Part shown: in pieces, positions 26,601 through 34,810 of the stretch | How positions within the stretch are numbered: position 1 is the stretch's first letter | Layout of the letters: each line of letters starts with the position of its first letter | Assembly (NCBI GenBank): GCA_964588985.1 | Contig: CAZPQW010000031.1 | Coordinates: forward strand, 1 to 35,316 | Length of the DNA: 35,316 nucleotides | Direction: 5' to 3' | Source of the DNA: an uncultured Solirubrobacteraceae bacterium | GTDB taxonomy: Bacteria > Actinomycetota > Thermoleophilia > Solirubrobacterales > Solirubrobacteraceae | The notes under the pieces: generated by a model | What the model was told of the DNA's origin: nothing | What the model saw: only the letters and a program-made list of their open reading frames with translations | Database searches by the model: none | Translations under genes and position numbers: made by a program

Positions 26601-27246
26601 CTTCGGGCTGATGCCGTTCGAGGCCGCCGACCACGGTCGCCCGTGCATCTTCGCCTCACAGACCGCGCTCGCGGAGATCCTGCCGCGCGAGCTCGCAACG
26701 CTCGTGCCGTGGGATCCAAGCGCCAGCGCCAAGCGCGTCGGCGACCTGCTCTCGAGCCCTGACGCGATCGCAACGCACGTGCGCGAGATCCGTAGGGCGG
26801 GCGGACGCTTCACCTGGCAGGCGAGCGCGGAGTCGCTCGTGGACGTCTATCGCGCTGTGGCGGCGAGCCCAGCGAGAGAGGCGACCCGCCTCGCGGACGA
26901 GCTGGCCCTGGTCGAGTCCGAGCGCGACGAACTGGAGCGCAAGTACAACGAGCTGTGGCAGAGCCTCACTCCCGACGCGAGGACGCTCGTCCAGCCGGAC
27001 GGGGCGCTCAGCCCGAGCGATCACCGCTCGCTCGCAGCGATCGTCAGGCGCCCACTCCTGCGCAGAACGCTCTTGGCGCCTGCTTTGCTCGCCCACCGCC
27101 TGTCCCGGCTGCGCGCACCCGCACCCGAGGCGCCGAGCTCCCCGCCCGAGAGCTTTGCTCTCCATTTCGCCTGGTCCAACACGCAGCACATGCGCGAGCA
27201 GCTCGCGGCCGGCGACGCCGATCAGGCGCCCGTCAGCGAACCGTAG
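23665..27246 (+). CDS. Three-domain glycosyltransferase (GT8-like GT-A + GT2 + GT4) with C-terminal coiled coil
   Basis: Domain 1: ELCTALKP, YLDSD, FNAG, DQRW, FHFTG. Domain 2: IADDAS, LNSD, GYGEEVDF. Domain 3: HKN, YEGFGLMPFEA, FTW. Tail RLADELALVESERDELERKYNEL. Confidence 0.9.
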   Translation: MHVCTVINKAWLAHARALAESLRAHEPDARMSVLVVDEIAGFIDPAQEPFEVLRPADVGIADFAAMSVRYNVVELCTALKPWAVRHVLASGDTALYLDSDMRVYAPLDGLSELLELHPLVLTPHLLDPLPEDGRVPDERSILMAGSFNAGVIAARPDEASARLLEWWSDRLRTQSRLDAANGLVYDQRWADLVPGLLGSLGIWRDPGVNVGYWRLGSSAVRRSEGQLLIDGQPLRCFHFTGFDPRAPDRLSSYENRVSLDREPALAEMCAEFALRLDECGHAESSHWPYDFGSLANGTPITVELRDLWDRANREGAVRETPFTPNGQSEFLDWLAEPEAGISRGSLNRYMAAMIEARPEVRERFPDPLGADLERYMSWTQEQAERQPTSVLGLLGARPQATRPSGLRELGPGETLGLERGEAVVCIPVYGAPELFAECLTSVLAHTPRDVPILIADDASPDPAIHSFVTSLGELLEHEVVYLKQPSNLGFPGNVNSAFAAAAPADVIVLNSDCIVAEGWLEGLRRAAYSDALVATASALTNHGTILSVPERNRPRAGIPQELDLERVAGTILAQSMRIHPHLPTAIGHCMYVRRQALDLIGDFDLAFSPGYGEEVDFSQRCLLHGLVHVAADDVFVLHRAGGSFGEDGDASPVQKEHDRIVAARYPYYDRAQTAASTTDFGRLPRAIAAAKRAISGLSVTIDGRCLGPFVTGTQVHTLQLIKALDDTDEVPLRVIVPPDLGDYAARELATRPRIGLIPHTEVHPGMDRTSIAHRPFQVSSTDDLRVLSCTGERQVITHQDLIAYRNPGYFPGYPQWDRFQRLTARALAVADMVVFFSHHAASDALSEDLVDPTRVRVVYIGVDHADTPSSGAARPPRDADELSCKPFLLCLGTDFRHKNRVFALRLLEALRDQQGQDVALVLAGPRVAEGSSAGEEAAYLATRPELAREVRILPAVDDDEKEWLLEHCAAVLYPTTYEGFGLMPFEAADHGRPCIFASQTALAEILPRELATLVPWDPSASAKRVGDLLSSPDAIATHVREIRRAGGRFTWQASAESLVDVYRAVAASPAREATRLADELALVESERDELERKYNELWQSLTPDARTLVQPDGALSPSDHRSLAAIVRRPLLRRTLLAPALLAHRLSRLRAPAPEAPSSPPESFALHFAWSNTQHMREQLAAGDADQAPVSEP

Positions 27247-29249
27247 AACGCCTCCAACGCGTCGATCCGACGCTCCCACGCGTAGTCCTGGGCCGTACTC
27301 ATTCCCGCGCTGCCGAGGCGCTCGCGCAGCTCCGGATCCCCGAGCAGCCGTGAGAGCGCCGCGCTGACCGCAGCCACGTTCGGCTCGGGCATCAGGCAGT
27401 TCTCGCCGTCCACGCAGAAGTCCCGATTGCCGTGCGCGTCGGTGCACACGACCGCCGCACCGGTCGCCATCGCCTCCAGCGGCGGCAGTGCGAAGCCCTC
27501 GTGCGTGGAGGTCTGGATGAACACGGTCGCCTCGTTGAACAGCTCGTTCACCTGCTCGTCGCTGGGCGACTCCACGTAGCGCATCCGCTCCTCGACGGCC
27601 AGCTCCGGCTCGATGCCGAACATGCACAGCTCCGGCCGCGGATCGAGCGCTCGCCATCCGTCGATCGTCAGCGGCAGGTTCTTCAGCGGGTTGGTGCGAC
27701 CGAGTGCGAGGACCATGTCAGCACGACGCCCGCTGCCCTCGAGCGGACGGAACGTGTCGAGGTCGATCCCCGGGGGAATCAGCTCGGCGTCGAGACCCAG
27801 CTCGCGCAAGCGATCCCGGTTCCACGAGGAGATCGTCATGTAACGGAACTCCGGCCGGTAGGAGTCGAGGACCGCGTGGCGGGTCCACTCGTCGTCCGGG
27901 TAGTAGGACGTCTCGATGTCCTGCACGAAGTACACCGGGATGCCGCGGAGCACGCTCGCCCGCCACACCGGCGCGGCGGTATTCCACCACGTCGCGACCT
28001 TGATCGCGTCGATCTCCGACAGCGCCTGCACGAGGTCGCCGTAATCCTCGAAGCTGTGGACCGGGACTCGCAGGTCGAACCAGTCGGGCTGCTCACCGAG
28101 CGTGTACAGCGCGACCTCGTGGCCGCGGTCGAGCAGGCGATTGAGGTGCTCGAAGATGTCCCGGTGCCCACCGCCGACGCCGGTGCCCTCAGTCACATAG
28201 GCGATCCGCAGAGCGCCTGAGTCGGTGCGAACGTCGCGTGCGTCGAAGAAGTCCCCCCAGAGCTCCCAGAAGCGACGCTGGGAGGCGAGCTCGCGCTCAC
28301 CGACGTCGGTGCCGCGCGTCACCGACTCGTGGTGGACGAGCTTCGCCGCAGGGAAGTAGAGGACGCGGAAGCCCGCCTGCCACGCGCGCAGGCACCAGTC
28401 GACGTCCTCGTAGGCCATCGGATAGCCCTCGTCCAGCAGCCCGACGCGCTCGATCGTCTCGCGCCTGACGTACATGCACGCGCCCGTCACCGCCAGCGCC
28501 ATGCCCGTCTGAGAGGCGGGGCCCCAGCCTTCCGGCTTGAAGCGATAGCGATGGTCGAACCACTCCGGCGCGTCGCGGTTGCGCACGGTGCCGCCGAATT
28601 GGATGCGGCCGTCGGGATAGAGCAGCTGTGCGCCGACGATGCCGATGTCGTCCTCCTGCGAGGCCGCGTACTGCAGGCACGCGAGCCACCCCGAGCGCGC
28701 CTCCACATCCGAGTTCAGCACGACCACGTCACGGTCCTCGCCGGTCGCGCGCAGGCCGCGATTGACGTTCGTCGCGAAGCCCGCGTTCTCGGCGCCCTCC
28801 ACGATCTCGATCCCCGCGATTCGCCGCAGCAGCGCGAGGTGCTCCGCGCCGCTCGCGTCGTCGGCGACGATCACGCGAGCCATCCCGTCGGGCACGGTGC
28901 GACGGATGCTCGCCACGAGCGTCGCCACCCGCTCCGCATCCCGGTAGCTCGGCACCACCACGTCCACCGGCCTCCCGTGCTCTCGATACCAGGCGAGCGC
29001 GCGCCGCATCTGCACGTTGCGCGAGTGCGAGCGCAGCTGCAGGCGGTGGCGCAGCGGCGTGAAGCGCAGCGGCAGGGTGACCATTCGGAACAGCAGCGTG
29101 CGCCAGCCGTAGTAGCGGTAGGTGAGGTACACGCGCCTGCGCAGGCCGGCGAGCGGTCCGCTGAAGCTGCCGTCCAGCGCGTGTGCGGCGATCGCCTCCG
29201 GCTGGTCTATGGAGGGGCTGCTGTGAGGTGCGTTGCTGTCGTCGGTCAC
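27222..29249 (-). CDS. Bifunctional GT2 + GT4 glycosyltransferase, probable rhamnosyltransferase
   Basis: GT2: ADDAS, LNSD, VTGACM, EDVDWC, HHES. GT4: GGHR, ATWWNTA, YFVQDIE (WsaF-like), EGFALPPLEAM. Confidence 0.88.
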   Translation of the reverse strand: MTDDSNAPHSSPSIDQPEAIAAHALDGSFSGPLAGLRRRVYLTYRYYGWRTLLFRMVTLPLRFTPLRHRLQLRSHSRNVQMRRALAWYREHGRPVDVVVPSYRDAERVATLVASIRRTVPDGMARVIVADDASGAEHLALLRRIAGIEIVEGAENAGFATNVNRGLRATGEDRDVVVLNSDVEARSGWLACLQYAASQEDDIGIVGAQLLYPDGRIQFGGTVRNRDAPEWFDHRYRFKPEGWGPASQTGMALAVTGACMYVRRETIERVGLLDEGYPMAYEDVDWCLRAWQAGFRVLYFPAAKLVHHESVTRGTDVGERELASQRRFWELWGDFFDARDVRTDSGALRIAYVTEGTGVGGGHRDIFEHLNRLLDRGHEVALYTLGEQPDWFDLRVPVHSFEDYGDLVQALSEIDAIKVATWWNTAAPVWRASVLRGIPVYFVQDIETSYYPDDEWTRHAVLDSYRPEFRYMTISSWNRDRLRELGLDAELIPPGIDLDTFRPLEGSGRRADMVLALGRTNPLKNLPLTIDGWRALDPRPELCMFGIEPELAVEERMRYVESPSDEQVNELFNEATVFIQTSTHEGFALPPLEAMATGAAVVCTDAHGNRDFCVDGENCLMPEPNVAAVSAALSRLLGDPELRERLGSAGMSTAQDYAWERRIDALEAFYGSLTGA

Positions 29250-30256
29250 TCGGCTGGGTCCTGTGTGGAGGGTTGCGCGACTGGTGCGTCAAGGTCGAGC
29301 GCGGCAAAGCCGGCGCGCCGCTCGAGCGAGAGCCGGCGCCTCGCCGCGGGCGGAAGCAGATCTGCCCGCGAGCCGAGCACGGCCCCGACCAGACGCGCAA
29401 CATGGTGACGACTCACGGTCGCGAACGTCGTCGCTGTCGTCGCGATGCCGGTCGGGGCGAGCTCGCGACGGGCCTGCCCAAGCTGGCCGCGCAGCTGGCG
29501 AAGCAGGTGCCCCGGCCCCGCCGGCTCGCGCCATCCGTACACCTCGCGCAGCCCGCGCCACTCGTCGAAGCAGCGGCGCAGCTCCTGCATCGTCGTGTAG
29601 TCGTGGGAGTGCAGCACCGCGGCCCGCGGAACGAACGCCTTGGCGTAGCCCGCGCGCAGCATGTCGATCGCCAGCACGCGGTCCTCGGCGTATGGGACCT
29701 CGCGGAACGGGACCCGCTCCCAGGCCTCGCGCGACATGCACGCGTTGGCGTCGGTGAAGAAGCCGCGCCTGCCGATCAGCTCCAGCGCAGGAAGTGCACG
29801 CTCGTCCGGGCGCAGGCGCTCCACCTGCGGCGTGCCATCGGGGGAGAGCGAGTCGAACCACCGTTCGAGCTCTATCCGCACCTGCGTCGCCGCGTCCGGG
29901 CGGGGGCGGTAGGGGCCGTACGCGATCCCGACGTCCGCCGCGAGGTCGAAGCCCGCGAGCAGGCTCTCCAGCCAGCGCTCGTCAGCGGGCTCCGCGTCCT
30001 GCGTCAGCAGCGCCACGTGGGCGCCCGTGGCTTCGCGCACGAGCAGGTTGCGCGTCCCCCCGTGGCTGAACTGCTCCGGCGCTATCTCGAGCACGCGCGC
30101 ACCGTGCGCGCGCGCCAGATCCGCGGATCCGTCGCTCGATCCCGAGTCGCACACCAGCAGCTCGTGCTCGACGCTCTGGCGAGCGAGCGCTTTGAGCGTC
30201 CTCTCGAGCAGCGTCCCGCCGTTGCGCACGGGGATCGCGACCGTCACCGCGCTCAT
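29246..30256 (-). CDS. GT2 rhamnosyltransferase-like (RfbN/WbaN-type)
   Basis: CDSGSSDG, FSHGGTRN, LLTQDA, AED and HSHDY. ATGA coupling gives the start at 30256. Confidence 0.85.
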   Translation of the reverse strand: MSAVTVAIPVRNGGTLLERTLKALARQSVEHELLVCDSGSSDGSADLARAHGARVLEIAPEQFSHGGTRNLLVREATGAHVALLTQDAEPADERWLESLLAGFDLAADVGIAYGPYRPRPDAATQVRIELERWFDSLSPDGTPQVERLRPDERALPALELIGRRGFFTDANACMSREAWERVPFREVPYAEDRVLAIDMLRAGYAKAFVPRAAVLHSHDYTTMQELRRCFDEWRGLREVYGWREPAGPGHLLRQLRGQLGQARRELAPTGIATTATTFATVSRHHVARLVGAVLGSRADLLPPAARRRLSLERRAGFAALDLDAPVAQPSTQDPAE

Positions 30257-31755
30257 GCGTAATACCGCGAGATCGTGATGGCCTGCGCGAACAGGTCGTG
30301 GCCGACCGCCAGGACCACCAGCAGCGCGCCGAGCGCCGGCCCCCAGCGAGGACCGAGGAAGCGCACCGCCAGCGCGACGATCGCCCCGTACAGGCAAAGC
30401 AGCGGCAGCAGATAGCGCGCCTGCTCGAACACGCCCCCGTTCGCGACCAGGTACCGATAGGACTCGATGCCGATCTCCGCGCACAGGCCGCACAGCGCCA
30501 CCACGTAGACGCCCAGCTCACCCGCGCGGCGGCGCAGCGCGTCGCGTCGTCGCACCAGCTCGGCAACCGCCAGCGCGCATACCGACAGCGATACGACCTC
30601 CGCCATACGGTAGAACCACGCGGGAAAGCCATAGTCGAGCCATCCGAGCCTGCCGACGAAGCCTTCGAACCAGGTCGACCACAGCGGCGAGTAGTTGAAC
30701 TGCGGGCGCATCCACAGCCGCGGCAGGAACAGCTGCCACACGTGGCTGACCTCTTCGTTGACGTTGAACGGACGCAGGCCGATGGCCTTCACGCTGCCCA
30801 CTCCACCCGGGATCGCACCGCGTCCCCAGACGAGATGGTCGAGCAGCACGTACGCAGCGATCGGTGTCGCCGAAAGCCCTACCGCCCAGAGCAGGCCGCG
30901 TGTGGCGCCACGTCGATCGTGCGACCACGCGCGCCTGGTGAGCAGCACGAGCGCCAGCGCGACCGCTGGGACGAAGCCGAGCAGCGTGAGCTTCGAGATC
31001 AGGCCCACGCCGAGACAGCCGCCGATCAGAATGCCGCCGGCAGGCGTGAAGCCACGACGAAACGCTCTCGCCACCGCCCACAGCACGCCCGCGGCGGTGA
31101 GATAGAGCAGGTCGTCGTTGTTGACCCCGCCCGACATGAACCCGAACAGCGGCTCGAAGGCGACGAGCAGCGCGCCTGTCGGCCAGGCCCAACGAGCGCC
31201 GGGCAGCAGCTCGCGCAGGAACATGAACACGAGCAGCACAGTCGCCGCCCCCATGAGCGCCGACAGCAGGCGCATCGCCGCGAGTTTGTCGAGCACCTTG
31301 CCACCCGGCACGAGCTTGTAGGGGATCGCCTGGAACGCGTAGTACAGGGGTGGGTTGTTGGTGGCGGTGAGCGCGGTGCCGCTGCCGACCGCGGGGAGGT
31401 TCTGCCTGACGATCTGGTCGATCACCTGCTGCTGAACCTCCGTATCGGGCGCCGGGTTGTTCGCACGTCCGACGACCCCGAACGTCAGCAGCGCGCTCAG
31501 CAGCTGGTCCTCACGCGGCGAGAGCGGCCCTTCGGGCTGGGTCTGACGCGGCAGCGTGCCGCGTTCTGCGACCTGCTGTACGTACGCATAGTGCGCGTTC
31601 TCGTCAGGCACCTGGAACGGCGGCACGATCAATGACCAGGCCACGCCGTTGGCGAGCGCCACGAGCGCACACATGCGGGCCGCCCGCGGCACCCGCCCCC
31701 ACAGGCCGCGCAGCCTGCCCGCAGCGCCGCTCGTGACTCCCTTCGCCCCGCTCAC
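30253..31755 (-). CDS. DUF2142-like GT-C membrane glycosyltransferase
   Basis: PPFQVPDENAHY, NNPPLYY, GVNNDDL, QARYLLP. GTGA coupling gives the start at 31755. Confidence 0.82.
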   Translation of the reverse strand: MSGAKGVTSGAAGRLRGLWGRVPRAARMCALVALANGVAWSLIVPPFQVPDENAHYAYVQQVAERGTLPRQTQPEGPLSPREDQLLSALLTFGVVGRANNPAPDTEVQQQVIDQIVRQNLPAVGSGTALTATNNPPLYYAFQAIPYKLVPGGKVLDKLAAMRLLSALMGAATVLLVFMFLRELLPGARWAWPTGALLVAFEPLFGFMSGGVNNDDLLYLTAAGVLWAVARAFRRGFTPAGGILIGGCLGVGLISKLTLLGFVPAVALALVLLTRRAWSHDRRGATRGLLWAVGLSATPIAAYVLLDHLVWGRGAIPGGVGSVKAIGLRPFNVNEEVSHVWQLFLPRLWMRPQFNYSPLWSTWFEGFVGRLGWLDYGFPAWFYRMAEVVSLSVCALAVAELVRRRDALRRRAGELGVYVVALCGLCAEIGIESYRYLVANGGVFEQARYLLPLLCLYGAIVALAVRFLGPRWGPALGALLVVLAVGHDLFAQAITISRYYA

Positions 31756-32399
31756 CGGGCGGGATCCTCGTTCAGCATCGTCTTCGTCGCGAGCCCCACG
31801 GCGAGCAGCATCAGCACGAGCGCCGCGAAGGCCTCCCAATGACGCAGCAGATCGGACTTCGCGAGCGAGAAGCGATAGGCGAGCGTGGGCAGCAGTTGCA
31901 GCCACGATTCGCTGCCGGGGCGCATGTATTCGATCCGCAGGCGCCCGAGCAGCGGCCGTCCGGCGAGTTCGATCACGAAGTTCGCGTCCGGGACAGAGCC
32001 GCCGAGGGAGACCCGACGCGAGCCGCGATTGCTCACGCACACGGTCGCGCCGGGAGTCGTGTCGGGAACACGCGAAATGGGGATGCTCACCGCCCCCGGG
32101 CGCCAGCCGCCGGGCAACGTCCCCGTGCTGATCGTGCGGTTCGCGGAGCTGATCGCGACGGCGAGCGCCGGCGTGGGCGCTCCATCGCTCACCGCCTGAA
32201 GCGCTAGCGCGCCGGTGTCGCCCGGCAGCAGCTCCCCCGGCTCGCACAGCTTCTGCGAGGGGTCGAGCGACAGGACCGGCCCGACGTCTCCTGTGAGATT
32301 GGTTCCCGACCGGCGGGGTGCGCTCTGCAACAGGGTCACCACTGCGGCTATTGCGATCGACAGCAGCGCCGTCGCCACGAGCACTCGCACGAGCGTCAT
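31752..32399 (-). CDS. Membrane-anchored protein with an extracytoplasmic beta domain (N- and C-terminal TM helices)
   Basis: TM LVATALLSIAIAAVVTLL; beta-rich middle with two Cys; TM AFAALVLMLLAVGLA. Overlaps both neighbours by 4 nt. Confidence 0.75.
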   Translation of the reverse strand: MTLVRVLVATALLSIAIAAVVTLLQSAPRRSGTNLTGDVGPVLSLDPSQKLCEPGELLPGDTGALALQAVSDGAPTPALAVAISSANRTISTGTLPGGWRPGAVSIPISRVPDTTPGATVCVSNRGSRRVSLGGSVPDANFVIELAGRPLLGRLRIEYMRPGSESWLQLLPTLAYRFSLAKSDLLRHWEAFAALVLMLLAVGLATKTMLNEDPAR

Positions 32400-34789
32400 G
32401 GGCGCACCAACTCCACCCAGTCGAGCCGCACGCCACACAGGCTCCTCCAGCGCTTCAACGCAACCGTCTCGAGCCGCTCGGGCGCTTCACGCTGCAACGC
32501 CACCGCACCGATCGTGCCTATGCCCCATTCCCCGGGACCGAGGTGACGATGGCCGCCAGCCCGCGTGACGCTCAGTGTGTGGCCGCCGCGGCTCAGGCGC
32601 AGCGTGGCGACCTGCAGCCACTGCCCCGGCGTGTTCGAGCCCGAAGCCGCGCCGATCAGGCGTCCATCGAGGCGAACTTCGATCGGGCGCGGGAAGTCTC
32701 CCTGCACCCAGACCTCGTAGCGGCCATCTCCCTGCACGCTCAACGTACCGCTCGCGTGGCCCGGCCCATTGGGGAGCACCGCCCCGGCCTGGTCGGGATT
32801 CAACCCCCAGGCAAAGGAGCGATCGCGCGAGTAGAGCGGTTCGAACCAGGCGAGCTCAGGCGGAGTGGCGGCGACTAGCTCGCTGCCGGCGGGCGCCCCG
32901 GCGATCGTCTGACGCAACGCGGGGCACGACACCGATGCGGCCGGGGAGTAGCTCATCTGCTCTGGTAGGTGGCTCAGAACCTGCGGGCTGGACATCCGTC
33001 GCCAGCCGAGGTAGTACGGGTTCTCGTAGACGAGGCGGTAGTTGGCGGGCGGGCGGCTCGCCGCGGGCGAGCTGCGCGTGACGATGATCGGAAAGCCCTC
33101 CACGAACGACAGCAGCTCTTCGTCCAGATCGAAGTAGTGATCGGCAAAGAATTTCGAGTGTCGCAGTTTCGCCTGCTGCGGCGTCTGTGCCTCGAACGGG
33201 ACGCTGATCTTCGCCTCACGCGCCAGGTACTTCGCGTACTCCTCGAACTCGTTCCACAGGACCGGGCCTTCGCCCTTGAAGTGGTTGCCGGTCTGCACGA
33301 TCGCTTCGATGCGGCTCGTCGGGGCGACTCGATCGTGGCTGTAGGCGAGCAGATCCGATGCCCAGATCGCGCCCGCGAGCGCAGCGCCCACCGCGAAGCC
33401 GAGCGGGACGAAGCGTCCTCGCACCCATGTCAGGCCGACGAGCGCGACGAACACCACGGCGGGCCCGGCGATCGCCAGCAGCTTGCCCTGCGCATACGGG
33501 CTGACCCGTGGGTAGACGATCAGCAGCACGAGGCCCGTCACTCCGAACATCAGCAGGGGAGCGGGCTCTGCTCGCCTCAGCGCCCACGCGACTCCCGCGA
33601 TGACCAACACGAGGATCGTCACCGCCGCGACGATCGTCAACGCCGCGGCCGGTTCGGGCACGACGGGGAGTCGGTATTCGCCGGCGAGCCACACGCCGCT
33701 GACCTGGCTGAACGGGAGCGCCCGCAGCAGCTGGCCGAACTGGGTGGCGCCCACTCCCGAGGAGCCCTGCCCCTGCTGAGCCACGTGGAAGAACGTCTGG
33801 AGCGTTTCGAGCGTGGGGATCGAGAGGACCGCCGTCAATCCCACGCCGGCCAGGGTCGGGCCGACCCAGCGGCGACTCGGCCGCACGTGCCTGAACAGCA
33901 CCAGTGCGAGCGCGAGGAACAGCATCAGAGCGCCCAGGAACGGCACCGCCACCGCGTTGTAGGTCGCGAGCGCCGCGGCCGCTCCGACGGCGACGAGCGC
34001 CGCCCCGACATACGGGCGCTTCAACTCGATCGCCTCGCGCACGAGCGCGGTCGTCGCGCACAACGTGGCGAGCAGGCCGATCTCCTTGATGCCGCCCTGC
34101 AGCGCGTACTGGTAGGTGAGGTTCGCCGAGATCGCGACGAGGCCGATCAGCGCCGCGCGCCAAGACCCGAGCACTCGCGACATGAGGGTCGACAGCGCCA
34201 TCGCGCCTGCGGCCGCGAGCCCGGCTATGTATCCCTGGTAGAGGACCACCACCGGCGTGTCCACCATGCCGCTGAACGTGCCGAGCAGCGCCTGGGTGCC
34301 GAGCGGGTAGCCGGTCGACAGGTAGGCGTTCAGGAACTCGCGCTCGCTGGTCTCCGGAATGTTGCCCAGCGTGGTTCCGTAGCCCTTGATGTGCTCGGCC
34401 AGCAGCATCTCGAAGCTCGAGTCGTTGACGAAGTCATAGCCCGACCACGTCCAGTGGCCGTGAGCGATAACCGGCAGCATGTACAGCACGTACACGGCCA
34501 GCCCCGCCGCGCCCGCCCAGCCCGGGTTCAGGCGTGCGCGCAGCCCGCCCTGGGCGAGCGCCAGGCCGGCGATCGCCACCGCGGTCAGCAGCGCGACCGC
34601 CACCACATCGCCGGCGCCAGCCGCGTAGACGGGCAGAACGAGCACGATCGACACGCACAGCCCGAGCACCGGCAGCAGCGCGTTGGCCAGCCGAACGCGC
34701 AGCGCGCGCTCGAGCGCGAGGCCGCAGCCGAGGCTGCTCGCCCACATCACGAGCAGCATCCCGACCATCGCCATCAGGTCGTAATGCAC
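32396..34789 (-). CDS. Large polytopic GT-C-like membrane protein with C-terminal beta domain
   Basis: About 13 or more TMs; GYDFVNDSSF and GYPLG in the first large loop; GGIKE; PYAQGK; C-terminal GDGRYEVWV..LSRGGHTLSV. Confidence 0.72.
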   Translation of the reverse strand: MHYDLMAMVGMLLVMWASSLGCGLALERALRVRLANALLPVLGLCVSIVLVLPVYAAGAGDVVAVALLTAVAIAGLALAQGGLRARLNPGWAGAAGLAVYVLYMLPVIAHGHWTWSGYDFVNDSSFEMLLAEHIKGYGTTLGNIPETSEREFLNAYLSTGYPLGTQALLGTFSGMVDTPVVVLYQGYIAGLAAAGAMALSTLMSRVLGSWRAALIGLVAISANLTYQYALQGGIKEIGLLATLCATTALVREAIELKRPYVGAALVAVGAAAALATYNAVAVPFLGALMLFLALALVLFRHVRPSRRWVGPTLAGVGLTAVLSIPTLETLQTFFHVAQQGQGSSGVGATQFGQLLRALPFSQVSGVWLAGEYRLPVVPEPAAALTIVAAVTILVLVIAGVAWALRRAEPAPLLMFGVTGLVLLIVYPRVSPYAQGKLLAIAGPAVVFVALVGLTWVRGRFVPLGFAVGAALAGAIWASDLLAYSHDRVAPTSRIEAIVQTGNHFKGEGPVLWNEFEEYAKYLAREAKISVPFEAQTPQQAKLRHSKFFADHYFDLDEELLSFVEGFPIIVTRSSPAASRPPANYRLVYENPYYLGWRRMSSPQVLSHLPEQMSYSPAASVSCPALRQTIAGAPAGSELVAATPPELAWFEPLYSRDRSFAWGLNPDQAGAVLPNGPGHASGTLSVQGDGRYEVWVQGDFPRPIEVRLDGRLIGAASGSNTPGQWLQVATLRLSRGGHTLSVTRAGGHRHLGPGEWGIGTIGAVALQREAPERLETVALKRWRSLCGVRLDWVELVRP

Positions 34790-34810
34790 GATGCGGCTTC
34801 CGCCTGCCGG

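Noticed and set aside
27222-27246. 25-nt overlap of convergent GT genes
   Set aside because: Short 3' overlaps are ordinary in compact high-GC genomes.
30253-32436. N-terminal ORF extensions in the track (also 4067-5407, 10620-12947, 12990-14960, 29246-30493)
   Set aside because: The extensions overlap neighbouring real genes and read as low-information sequence; downstream starts adjacent to or overlapping the upstream stop explain the genes better.
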